Below are positions 23,625 to 35,044 of a DNA stretch of 35,044 nucleotides, piece after piece. The translations under genes and the position numbers were made by a program. The notes under the pieces are model-generated. The model saw nothing but the letters and a program-made list of their open reading frames with translations. It searched no databases and was not told the origin of the DNA. How positions within the stretch are numbered: the stretch's first letter is position 1; each line of letters opens with the position of its first letter. Origin of the DNA: Octopus bimaculoides (taxonomy: Eukaryota); assembly GCF_001194135.2 (NCBI RefSeq), contig NC_068985.1, positions 92,194,245-92,229,288 of the forward strand, written 5' to 3'.

Positions 23625-23829
23625 ATGTATGTATGTATGTATGTATGTATGTGTGTATGCATGTATGTATGCATGTATGTATATGAAGAGCAAAAATGCT
23701 GGAGAATCAGTAAAATGCCATGTGGCAAAATTATGAAGTGAAGATATGTGTAAGACATATTTAAAAAAGGGAAAGAGAAATGCCTTCATTTTACACAGTT
23801 TCAATATCTTTTTATAAGAAAAATACATG

Positions 23830-25100
23830 TACAGATTTTACAGGTGGTAAAAGTCTCATAAAATGTAGTGATATCCAACCGGTTTTCGCTATTTAAATTA
23901 GCCTTTCAAGGGTCATTGTGAAGTAACTATTCCTTGAGACAAAGGAATCACGCCGTTTTGGATATCTTGAAAAATAAGAATGGATGGAGAGAGTGGATAA
24001 AGAAAGGTAATAGGTGGCAAGGGGGACAACTACCTCCTCAGTATTATTGAATAGTGGTAAATAAATTTGATTTTGAAATAGGAATGTGTAGGGATCAGGT
24101 GGTCAAGTTTGTATATTAAGGTGTGGTCTGTACTTTTGTATGAACGGGTTTCCTTGTTTAGGTGTTTTGTAAGGAGAGTGAATCTTTGCATTGGTATAAT
24201 CGAAAAATATGGAAATTCGGAAAAATATGAAATTTCTTGCGCATCTGTCAATATGTTCGCTCAGAGCTATCTGCCTGTATTGAGGAAAATGAATCTGCTT
24301 TTTATGCAGCGTAACTCTGCGTCTCAAAGTAAGACTCCTTTGGCCCACATAATTGTGGCCACAACCTGAGTAGGCTAGGACATAGATAAGGTTCTGGGAA
24401 GCACATGTGATGTTGGTCTTAACCGAGAATTTTTGTCCTTGCTGGAATATGAATTCCGAGCCTTCAGTTAGGTATGGGCATGTTCCACAATTAGGTCGTC
24501 TGCATTGTTTAACTGTTGGTATCGTATGTATTGTTAGGAGTCTCTTAAGTGGTTTGTGTTGTCTTCTGCATTTGAGGAGTTTATGTGTATTTAGAATGTT
24601 GTTCATTTTCAGGTATTGAGTGAGAAGAGGGAGATGTTGAATAGTTGTGTTGTATGCCTCATTGTTTCTGGAGTTGTGGGTTGATATGTATGGGAGTGAT
24701 TTAAAGTGAAGTGTGGTGTTTTGATTTTTTGTCCTTGGTGTGTCTGCGTCCAATTTTTTGGAACGTTTAATTCCATGGTCTATAAGGGCGGGTGGGTATT
24801 GACGTTCAGTGAACATTATTTTGAGGTCTTGTAGGCGAACCTCCCGAGTAGTAGTATCAGATACAATTGTATAGATCCTTTTTGCTAGATTGAATGGGTT
24901 ATTTACTTTGGTGTATTTAGGATGGCACGAGCTGAGAAGGAGATACTGTTTTGAGTCTGTTGGTTTGTAGTAGATGTCAGTTGCAATTTGGTTGTCGGAT
25001 TTTTGTATTATCAAAATGTCCAGAAATTTTAAATTAATACAACGTCGAGTTGATCTCAAACTAAACAATGGATTGAGTCTAAAATTTTCCTTAAAACTCG
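23830..25100 (-). mobile_element. Penelope-like retrotransposon (PLE) with 3' UTR/pLTR region
   Basis: The ORF above plus about 270 nt of downstream non-coding tail containing a hammerhead-like motif. Boundaries approximate. Confidence 0.85.
23870..23918 (-). ncRNA. Degenerate minimal type I hammerhead-ribozyme-like motif in the PLE tail
   Basis: Minus strand reads ACC-CTTGAAAG-GCTA(ATTTAAA)TAGC-GAAA-ACCGGT-TGG: stem II, GAAA and a palindromic stem III. The core deviates from CUGANGA. Confidence 0.5.
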
Positions 25101-25131
25101 AGATGGTCACAGTTGGTACGCCCTTGTCCAT
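24103..25131 (-). pseudogene. Penelope-like element ORF fragment: RT thumb/C-terminal region plus GIY-YIG endonuclease, 5'-truncated
   Basis: Motifs FLDILI..TDIYYKPTDSKQYLLLSSCHPKYTK (PLE RT C-terminus), CRRPNCGTC (Cys linker), NLIYVL..SGCGHNYVGQ..LRRRV.LH..SEH (GIY-YIG) and FIQKYRPHLN. The RT catalytic core is absent, and recognisable similarity starts near 25040. Confidence 0.92.
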
Positions 25132-25914
25132 ACTTTTTCTCAGTATATTATCTCTGTGCTGAAATTTTCAATATGAATCGCTCTTGCTCCAAATCGGAAA
25201 CTGACTCAGCCAGTCAAATAATTCTTTCAAAATTTCTAAATCGGACTGTCATCTCAGGATACTCCATGTTGTTATATGAGAATATCCTATGTTCTGCATG
25301 TGTCTGTATTGCACCCGTGTGTGTGTGTGTGGTGAAGTTGTGTCTGTGTGTGTGTGTTAGTTCTTAGACGTATGGCATGTGTCTTCTGTCACACTTCGCC
25401 TTCCCCACACGAGCTTACTTGTCAACACAAAAAGAGATTATTTCCTCTTACATATTTGAACATCGATACAATATGTCGACAGATGTCATAAGAAATTATG
25501 TCCTCTTTTCAATTGCCACCTGTGCAGATTATCTTTATTATTAATATTACAACTTCTATGCATTTGAAATTCAGTAATGTTCAGTCTAATATTTACTTAA
25601 CTCCGAGAAGTGATAGACAATACATTTTTCATAAATTTCTGTTCACATTACACGATTTTCCGTCCATAAAAATCTGTAATTTTTTTTACATATAATACAC
25701 CTACCCACTGATTGTGGGATTTTACAGGTGAGGTAAGATCATTTTCTTATTTTCCACAATTTATTGTTTAGATTTTCAATTTCAGTTTTGAAATCATCGT
25801 TTCGTGTAAAACCACGTTGCAGTAGCAGGACGCAGAAATTCAAAATGACTGATTTTCGATAAACTCAATAACATCAAAAAGTTCTTTGAATAAATATTTT
25901 TGGTTTTTATTACC

Positions 25915-26272
25915 ATTTATGTCTTACTTGTTTCAGTCATTGGACTGCGGCCATGCTGGGGCACAGCCTTGCAAGATATTTTGTCGGATGTGTACGGAAA
26001 CAAAGACAAAAAAAAGCATACAGACAAAAACAACGGAGAACAGTGTATACAATTACGAATACAAACAATAAGAAATAACAAGAAGCGTCTTTCGACTGAG
26101 AACGATTCAAATCGAGCTGGATAAGGTTCTTTCAGTTTCTGTCTAGCAAATCCATTTAAAAGCTTTGGTCGACCTGAGGCTATGGTAGAAGACACTTTCC
26201 CGAGGAGCTACACAGTGGGACTGGCCCCAGAACCACGTGTTTAGGAAGCAGACTTCTTAGAACATAGCCAAG
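25915..26272 (-). mobile_element. SINE family B
   Basis: Same head and tail as 11063-11388, in reverse orientation. Confidence 0.85.
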
Positions 26273-26719
26273 CTTTTCCAAAATTAATAACAATTCTAAA
26301 TAGTTTGCTCTTCTTCAAGGTATTTTTATTTTATTTTGTGTGAATTAAAGAAAAATGCATTTTACATTGTATTTAAATCAAATTAGAATATTTTGCTACA
26401 ATAGTTTTTGAATATTGAAATATTTCTTTCATCCTTACTTCCCCCACCCGTTCTTCATAAGAATTGTCAATTGTTAATAAATCAAAAACATTATAACATA
26501 TTGATATCATTTCCGATATTTTCAAACCATTTTTGGTTACTTGAATAACAGATTCAGTTTTCACTATTTGAACCTATAAATGTTGTAACTTGAAAGTTTA
26601 TATAAAGAAATATATTTTATTAAAATACCGATATTAATATCAATATCAAATGGTGGTATTGAAAATTTTGCTATCATAACTTCTACTTTCTTTCTCTCTC
26701 ATTCTCTCACTCTCTTTCC

Positions 26720-26770
<51 letters not shown>

Positions 26771-26952
26771 TGTATGTGTGTGTATCTGGCTGGTAGCCTG
26801 ACTGTCCCATGTATATGTTTATATATGTGTGTGTATGTTTGTGTGTTTATATATTTATACATGCATATATACATGCACATATACATCTACACATGTATAT
26901 ATGCATATATATAGGCATATATGTTTATATGCATTATATCTATTTGTATTTC

Positions 26953-27075
26953 CGTTGAGGCCGACTTTGCCTTCCATCATATCGAGATTAATAAAATAAG
27001 TACCAGTTGAGTACTAGGGCCGTTGCAATCGACTAAAACCCTCCCCCCAAAATTTTGGGGCCTATTGTAAAAAGG
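26953..27075 (+). mobile_element. SINE family A, headless fragment
   Basis: GAGGCCGACTTTGCCTTCCATC..ATAAAATAAGTACCAGTTGAGTACTAGGG..GCAATCGACT. Confidence 0.8.
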
Positions 27076-27108
<33 letters not shown>

Positions 27109-29110
27109 AACAAGTAGAAAGATAAATTTTATTCAACGCATAGATACTGAACAGTATAGATATAAAGGATAAAATCCTTTTTTTCTTTTTAAAAACAGAA
27201 AAAATTGTCGTAGGTGTTTTCAAATCAAAACTGGACTTATCCTGTCAAGAGTCCCAGATGAACCTACTTCGCGGCAAGAGGTTCAAATGAGAGTAGCGAC
27301 ATCAAAGTCCCTTATTCTCCAAATGCCACATATTNNNNNNNNNNNNNNNNNNNNNNNNNNNNNNNNNNNNNNNNNNNNNNNNNNNNNNNNNNNNNNNNNN
27401 NNNNNNNNNNNNNNNNNNNNNNNNNNNNNNNNNNNNNNNNNNNNNNNNNNNNNNNNNNNNNNNNNNNNNNNNNNNNNNNNNNNNNNNNNNNNNNNNNNNN
27501 NNNNNNNNNNNNNNNNNNNNNNNNNNNNNNNNNNNNNNNNNNNNNNNNNNNNNNNNNNNNNNNNNNNNNNNNNNNNNNNNNNNNNNNNNNNNNNNNNNNN
27601 NNNNNNNNNNNNNNNNNNNNNNNNNNNNNNNNNNNNNNNNNNNNNNNNNNNNNNNNNNNNNNNNNNNNNNNNNNNNNNNNNNNNNNNNNNNNNNNNNNNN
27701 NNNNNNNNNNNNNNNNNNNNNNNNNNNNNNNNNNNNNNNNNNNNNNNNNNNNNNNNNNNNNNNNNNNNNNNNNNNNNNNNNNNNNNNNNNNNNNNNNNNN
27801 NNNNNNNNNNNNNNNNNNNNNNNNNNNNNNNNNNNNNNNNNNNNNNNNNNNNNNNNNNNNNNNNNNNNNNNNNNNNNNNNNNNNNNNNNNNNNNNNNNNN
27901 NNNNNNNNNNNNNNNNNNNNNNNNNNNNNNNNNNNNNNNNNNNNNNNNNNNNNNNNNNNNNNNNNNNNNNTATATATATACCTGGCTGAGTATGAGAGTA
28001 AATATTTTATAACACATATCGCAGCAATATCAATCTAAGGTTATTTTTAGAAGTGCATCTACTGCTTAAGCCAAGAGGCCAAATAGACTGTTGATATGAT
28101 GTCAAAATTATTCACATATTTATTGCAATGTAGTTCTGTTTGCTGTCGAATTAACATTTTTGTGAGGATGGTGGAAGCTGCCAAACGTAGGATAAAAGTG
28201 ATGAGAAGGATGAGGTGTTTATCATACTGTTCAGAGTAATAAATGAGGAAATGAGTGAGACTGAGAAAATTAAAGTGAGAGAGTGTTGGAATAAGAGGTG
28301 TTACAAGATGTTATTTGAATCTTTCAATATTTTTTGAAACAATGTTGAAGCATTTTAGTAAATATAATATCATTAGTGTTCATAAAATGCTTGTAATTGT
28401 CATTAAATCATTGAATGGGCCAGTAAAATATGTTATAAGGTGTGAAAGATAAGGTGTCTGTGTCCTTAATAGCGTTATAATGCAGCATTGCCGATGTGAA
28501 GTACGGTGTTAGTGAAATTAATTATGTCAAAGAGTATACGTATTGTAATGTATGTATGTTCTTTCTATTTGGTTATTAGGGATTGGAGTGTACGTTTGTC
28601 TGAATGTTAGACAGTGGTTTTGTCATGCTGTAACACTGACCGTAGAATTTTAAACATGCTGTTACAGAAAGCTGCTTTTTTGATATCCAAGAGATCTTTC
28701 AATATAAAAATCTTTTATATTTCTATATTTATTATGCATCCTTTATGTGGACATCCATTATACTAAAAGTAGATCACCTACGATCTGACCACTAAGAAAA
28801 GATTGTCCTCAAGAAGATTCAGCAAACACCAGAACGTAAGCGAACAAGTCAAATGAAAAGATACGAAATATAAAGAATTAATCATAGACTAATTCTTTAC
28901 ATTTTGTATCTTGTCATTTGTCTTGCTCGCTTACGTTCTAGTGTACATATCTATACACATCTATATATATATATATAAATATNNNNNNNNNNNNNNNNNN
29001 NNNNNNNNNNNNNNNNNNNNNNNNNNNNNNNNNNNNNNNNNNNNNNNNNNNNNNNNNNNNNNNNNNNNNNNNNNNNNNNNNNNNNNNNNNNNNNNNNNNN
29101 NNNNNNNNNN

Positions 29111-29181
<71 letters not shown>

Positions 29182-29233
29182 TTGCAAGGACTGATTAATA
29201 CAGTAGCCACTTCAATAAACAGCGCACACTTAC

Positions 29234-29357
29234 CCTTCTGAGAATGATTTTGGCCAGGATAATCTTGTTGCTTTTACCTGTGATACAGACAGTTTAATTC
29301 TGGGGCAAAAAATCTGCTCAAGTTCATCAACACTTGTCAGGTGATTATCAAATGGAA
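29234..29357 (-). CDS. Candidate 124-nt internal coding exon (PFDNHLTSVDELEQIFCPRIKLSVSQVKATRLSWPKSFSEG), phase 1 in, phase 2 out
   Basis: Acceptor TTTTATTTGCTTTTGTCAG and donor AGG|GTAAGT are both near consensus. Exactly one of three frames is open. Protein family not recognised. Confidence 0.55.
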
Positions 29358-29534
29358 CTGACAAAAGCAAATAAAATTTCTGAATTATAAGGTGTTCATT
29401 ATTTTCGTGCGTTTATAAATAAATTGTGTTCTTTTCTACAATCAATCTCCGAATAACCAAAGAAAAATTCAGTTACGTAACGGTGTTTGATAAACGTACG
29501 GTAAAGAATGGAAAGAATTTTAATATCTACATGG

Positions 29535-30430
29535 GTTTGAAGTTCCTTCAGAACTGTTCCAGCAGTTTAGAATGACTACGCTCCTCTCTGTAATCCTTTG
29601 AAGCACATTTGTAGTGGCTTTGGTAAAAGTCAATCAAACGTTGACCAGTACACCTTTCGGGGTGGGTTTAGTGAGTTTGCAAGCTTATTTCATTAAAATA
29701 TTTTCTTCTTGATCTAACAGAAGCGGGTGGTATGGCATTTATAAACTTATTGCATTGAAACGCTTTCTCCTTGATCTGGCACTTATGTTCGATACATTAC
29801 TTGAATTATCTCTTCTTTCTGACACCTTACAGAAGAGGGATATACGTGTAGTTTATACAGACAAGTTAATTCGTCGCAACATACGGGTTTTAGAAGCTAT
29901 AAAGGAACACAGGGATGAAAAAGACTTGGAAACAAGGAATGCTATTAAGAAAATGCATCTTGCATCAGTGACACTGACAGATAACAAGATTGCTTCAATC
30001 AATCATGGTCAGTTTTTAACCACAATCATAAACGATACGAAACAACAGTTATTCTTACCAACTTCCTCCCATGAATCCACTTAATCACGACCAGACACTT
30101 TTAACTCCATTCCAAACATAATTTCTGAACAGGAAAGTCGATAAGTGACCAGCTGTTATAATTCAACGATATCGAGAGAATAAAATAGTCCCTTCACAAA
30201 TATTTCAGACAACCATTTTCAGAACCAGTAGTATCACAAGGAGACTTTTTTAGACAATTCTAGGTAACTTAATCGAATATTTAAAAGTAATCGCACACAG
30301 GTCGTTCAAACTGGCTTTAGGCTTTACTACTATGATGGATGTCGTGCTGGAAGCGAGATCTAAACTGTTAATCAACCATATCAACGTTCTCATGTGTATT
30401 AAACTTCATCACTTCGAATTTCAGATCACA
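29535..30430 (+). pseudogene. Decayed hAT transposase, KIAA1586/ZNF862-like
   Basis: Frame pieces SSFRTVPAV*NDY, KRFLLDLALMFDTLLELSLLSDTLQKRD..VYTDKLIRR..DNKIASINHGQFLTTIIN (ORF 29755-30084) and GF..MMDVVLEARSKLLINHINVLMCIKLH (hAT dimerisation domain). Stops and frameshifts lie between them. Confidence 0.8.
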
Positions 30431-30869
30431 ACCAGACGACTTTTTACACGAATGCACAGGTTACAGCAGAAAACCTCTCAAATTCACAATTCGTGGTAAA
30501 AGTTTCAATAACAAATATATGACATGCTCCCACCGGTCTGAGCCAGAATGGGAAGTGTAAATAACGGTAGCCATTACCTACATAAAGTCACCATTACAAC
30601 CAACTCAACTGCAATAGCACCACATCGGCTGTATCAAATACGACAGGCTTTACAACCATAACCTGTACTTAGATGCGATCATTTACATTAGTTTTACTGC
30701 AAAATTCGTGAACACAATCTAACTGAATTATTTGCACCATCTTATTCTTACAGCCAAATCCGTCGCTATATGGTTTAACATTTTTGGCTATAGAATATGC
30801 AGTACTAAATACTTTTTGTATATTTTAGTTCATTTATCACGCACTCATTACATCGCGTTTTTTTTTTTT

Positions 30870-31015
30870 TCTGGCTAATATATGTAAATTTATCTCGCGG
30901 ACTCCTCAGTATATCGCGGGTTTCTGCGGCCGATAGGTATTTATATATTTTAGATTCTAATTATTTCTGTGGGAGGATTTGGAACGTAACACCCGCTATA
31001 GTCGAGGGATTACTG
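30870..31015 (-). mobile_element. pogo/Tigger-like MITE terminus
   Basis: Minus strand starts CAGTAATCCCTCGACTATAGCGGGTGTTACGTTCC next to a TA. The opposite TIR was not found. Confidence 0.6.
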
Positions 31016-32171
31016 TACTCTGACATTTTATCAACGACTACCCTATTGGCTCTACCCGTGAGTAAGTAGAGGAAAGCAAAATTTCAGGAGTAGAATTCAA
31101 GAGAAAAGCAAGGTGTTGCGGTCAACCTTTAGAGCGGCTTTCCACGGATTACAGCTGGGTGGAGGCATTAGTCTTCTTGCATCACCTTTTGCTGCTGAAT
31201 CTATCAGCTTCACAGCGAAAACAGCTATTTTACGATATATTCATCTAAACACCAGTGTAAATGTACGTTGTGCAATATGTCTCTTGTAACATAAAACTAG
31301 GATCTCGTTGATAAGTGGTTGCTGTCGTTGTGGCAGACGTCTCCGATAAATAATATTAAAGGCATCTATGATAAATATTAAACATTCACATATCTCTAGT
31401 TTCTTTATCATTTATTCAACAATCAATTATTTTTACTTGTGTTACACGATTTGGATTTCTCACTAGACGTAAGTGTACACGCGTTTGGTTCTCTTGAAGC
31501 AAGTACCACTTTTTTCTTCATAAAATGTATCAAGAATCGCTTATTCCTATGACAGTACCGTCCATTTCTCTGTAAATTTAACGATAGCACACGAGATATT
31601 TTTAGATTAACGGCAACTTCTCTGCTTCGTTGAAAATCTGAATCATGTAACTCGAAAATCTCAGTTGCTTTTTGAAATATGTGAAAAGGCTAGGTCGAGC
31701 CCTTTAAAGAATGAAGAAATTATAGCAATTTTCATTGTTAAATCTCCTCTCTTTTTATCAACCTTTTTCATAATACTTGAATTAATTCATAATGAATTAT
31801 TAATTCAAAAGTTTTAAGACGAAAAGAGCAACGAAGAGAATATGAAAACAGTATGCGTGCATAGCATCAACATGCAAGCTAACTGAATCACTAAAGAAAG
31901 GAACAAACACACTCGCACGCACATCATTGAGGTGCATTGTGGTAATTAAACTTTTAAAGCAATTGTTGTGAATGTCCACCATTTATTTGACGCAGTTAGG
32001 TTGGCCATTAAGATTTTATCTTTATCAGTGTTTTAAAAACTGTCGTAAAATCGAGGTCGCGATAAGAGGGGACACCCTGTAAACATACATGCATATTGTG
32101 TGTGAGGGCGTATGTATGTGTATGTATGCATACACATAGACACGCATATAAATACATGCATGTATATATGT

Positions 32172-32400
32172 GGAGGCGCAATGGTCCAGTGGTTAGGGTA
32201 GCGGACTCGCGGTCGTAGGATCGCGGTTCCGATTCCCAGACCGGGCGCTGTGAGTGTTTATTGAGCGAAAACACCTAAAGCTCCACGAGGCTCCGACAGG
32301 GGGTGGTGGTGGGGATGAAACCTGCTGTACTCTATTCACCATAACTTTCTCTCAGTCTTTCTTCCTGTTTCTGTTGTACCTGTATTTCAAAGGGTCAGAT
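32172..32400 (+). mobile_element. tRNA-derived SINE, family D (resembles the octopus OR-type SINEs, from recollection), 3'-truncated
   Basis: GGAGGCGCAATGGTCCAGTGGTTAGGGTAGCGGACTCGCGGTCGTAGGATCGCGGTTCCGATTCCCAGACC tRNA-like head. It ends in a 17-bp tandem duplication (32383-32416). Confidence 0.85.
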
Positions 32401-32744
32401 ATTTCAAAGGGTCAGATATTGTTGTAGCGGCAGGAGGCACAGTCTTTGCGTCATTAGAGTTCAGCTGCCCAACGGATGTGTTGTCTCTTCTTGGATTGAA
32501 AATTGTCTGCAAACGAAACAAAGAATTCGAAGATCAGAGATGTATGTTTATTTATTTAGAATTAACACACACATACATACACACACACACACACATACAC
32601 ATACACAAACGCGTGCGCAATGTCGCTTGAGAATGTATTAATATGCAAATGAGCTCTAACCAACGTTTATTACCACATTTTCATTAAAAAGCAGGAAGCT
32701 ATTCTCTCTCTCTCTTCTCAGCCCGTTTGTCTCACACACACACA

Positions 32745-32821
<77 letters not shown>

Positions 32822-32864
32822 CCCTCACTCTATTCCATGATTGATGTAACCACCCATGTTATAC

Positions 32865-32894
32865 CAGTGTAATCATGCTGGTCTTTAGTTCGTT
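32865..32894 (-). CDS. Candidate 30-nt phase 1-1 coding exon (xRTKDQHDYT) of an unidentified minus-strand gene
   Basis: Minus strand reads GGTCCCTCTTTCCAG|AACGAACTAAAGACCAGCATGATTACACTG|GTATAA. The acceptor is good, the donor moderate, and the phase fits the 124-nt exon at 29234-29357. No homology recognised. Confidence 0.3.
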
Positions 32895-33194
32895 CTGGAA
32901 AGAGGGACCTATGATCTTAACATGGAGTCGAATTGCTCTGCGACACTAAACAGATTTTCTTTAAATCTACGTGAATAATTATTGATACCTAAAACATTTA
33001 AGAGGCTGAATAGCAAATTGTTACAAGTAATATATTGGCAAAGTTAAGGATATATTTGGGTCACAGACCGACATATTAATAAGACAAAAATCTTGCGCTA
33101 AAACTGATATATCGAATCTAAATGTGTTCAACGTATTCGTGGAATTTTAAAATATTTAGCGAGATTAAAAATAGAAAAGATTGTCGGTGGCTTT

Positions 33195-33263
33195 ATGTTT
33201 ATTATGCACACACACAAACGTTTATTTATTTATATATGCATACACACACACACACACACACAC

Positions 33264-33298
<35 letters not shown>

Positions 33299-33758
33299 TG
33301 TATGTATGTATGCATATTTATATATATATGTATATTTATATATACATATATATATACGTATATATATACATATATATATACGCGTATATATATATATATA
33401 TATGTATGCGTATATATGTGTATATATATATATNNNNNNNNNNNNNNNNNNNNNNNNNNNNNNNNNNNNNNNNNNNNNNNNNNNNNNNNNNNNNNNNNNN
33501 NNNNNNNNNNNNNNNNNNNNNNNNNNNNNNNNNNNNNNNNNNNNNNNNNNNNNNNNNNNNNNNNNNNNNNNNNNNNNNNNNNNNNNNNNNNNNNNNNNNN
33601 NNNNNNNNNNNNNNNNNNNNNNNNNNNNNNNNNNNNNNNNNNNNNNNNNNNNNNNNNNNNNNNNNNNNNNNNNNNNNNNNNNNNNNNNNNNNNNNNNNNN
33701 NNNNNNNNNNNNNNNNNNNNNNNNNNNNNNNNNNNNNNNNNNNNNNNNNNNNNNNNNN

Positions 33759-33810
<52 letters not shown>
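33195..33810. repeat. (CA)/(TATG)/(TA) and (GA)n microsatellites around gap 33434-33758
   Basis: Directly visible. Confidence 0.95.
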
Positions 33811-33814
<4 letters not shown>

Positions 33815-34711
33815 TAGATTCCTAGATTCTTAATTGTGTTGTTCAGTAATGTAGAGTGACTATTTGTGATTTAAAGAGTATTTGCAAGAAAATATCACCG
33901 AGAAAAATAATGAAGAAAAAAAGAGTAAAAAAACAACAAGAAACGCAAAGAAACCCAACAAAATAAAACATAATAAAATAAGAAAGATTGAAGTCACCAT
34001 CATTAACAAAAGTTATCATATGAACCATTCTTTCGTTATCTGGATATTCTATGAATATTTTAGAGAAAATTTCCGGTTCTAAAGTTAAACAGCAACATAT
34101 TAAATTAGTGAGTAACGATAAAACTAGTCTTTTGATTTCCCAAGAAAGGAAATATATTCACTCTGGTTAAAACCAAGACTATGAAATCAATTTTTGAGAT
34201 TACAGTTAAAAAGAAAGATGATAAAAGAGATTTCAGAGATGAGACGTTCGATGGCAATATGTTATTAAGACTAAGCGACACTTGCTGACAACCGCGAAGA
34301 GACCGAGTAATACATTTTCGAACGCGTTATGGATTAAGAGATCAAATTATAAGATTAAGAACTGCAAAGCTGTAAAAAGCATAATAACCATTAGAAGTGT
34401 AACAGGTCCAGAAACATAATAACGCTACGTTGTATAATAACTATTAAAAGTATTTTAATCATAAGAAGCATTATATCCATTAAAAGAAGAATAATCATTC
34501 CTATATTACAGATCGATGATATTCATAGTATTGCATTGATCAAACGATTTCGTGTAGATGCATCCGTCTTTCAAGGTGCCAGAGGAGAAATGCAACTATG
34601 TGTGCACATATGTGCAATGTATATACATATAGACAGATAGATATCTATACATATATATATATATAACATACACATATACGTATTACATACACATATGCAT
34701 CTATATATAAC

Positions 34712-34785
<74 letters not shown>

Positions 34786-35044
34786 TTATGTGAGGGGTGT
34801 ATTCATGTGCAGCAGACGAAGAATTATTTTCCTTCTTCGAGGAGCTATGCGTCTGGATATTGAATAAGTTCTATTGAAGATTAGTCGATATCAGTTTGAC
34901 AATTCCTTGTTGGGTGCAGTATTTCAAACAGAAAAGTATCTGGATAAAATCAGTAAAAGAATATATACATATTGTGCGTGTATATATATATATACACATA
35001 CTTTAAGAATATATATATATTTATATGCATACATATATATATTC

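Noticed and set aside
26439-26571. Minus-strand open exon-like segment VQIVKTESVIQ...EERVGE
   Set aside because: It is phase 0-0, which does not fit the neighbouring exon phases. It is very AT-rich with a mediocre acceptor.
28050-28720. Strand-biased block that might be a decayed retroelement
   Set aside because: No recognisable RT, endonuclease or helicase motifs in translation.
32172-32245. tRNA gene
   Set aside because: The tRNA-like sequence continues into a SINE body and has no proper acceptor stem, so it is a SINE head.
32381-32507. Strong minus-strand acceptor near 32507 with frame TIFNPRRDNTSVGQLNSNDAKTVPPAATT
   Set aside because: The frame runs into the SINE tail duplication and hits a stop before any donor.
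34805-34860. CTCGAAGA-stem motif as a third hammerhead
   Set aside because: It lacks the GAAA after stem II.

Overview
AT-rich eukaryotic genomic DNA from a draft assembly. Ten N-gaps total about 4.1 kb, and microsatellites are very dense. The tRNA-derived SINE families resemble, from my recollection rather than a database search, those of Octopus, so a cephalopod origin is inferred. Nearly all entries in the ORF track are microsatellite or N-gap artefacts. Real protein-coding signal is mostly transposon-derived: a Penelope-like retroelement (RT thumb plus GIY-YIG, 24103-25131, minus), a decayed KIAA1586/ZNF862-like hAT transposase (about 29535-30430, plus), a fragmented CR1-like LINE (about 8770-10245, minus) and a mariner C-terminal remnant. 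There are also at least 12 SINE copies and several MITE-like pieces. Reading splice signals by eye suggests the window is largely intronic sequence of an unidentified minus-strand gene. It has small exons of 30, 124, 24, 18 and 54 nt and a candidate terminal exon near 15012. The last exons are open in two frames: a hydrophilic C-terminus, or a transmembrane tail anchor ending RLGRKK*. Other points of interest are an inverted repeat bracketing the candidate last intron, a degenerate hammerhead-ribozyme motif at the Penelope 3' end, an E-box cluster and a CRE-containing tandem duplication. All gene-model claims are predictions and need RNA-seq.
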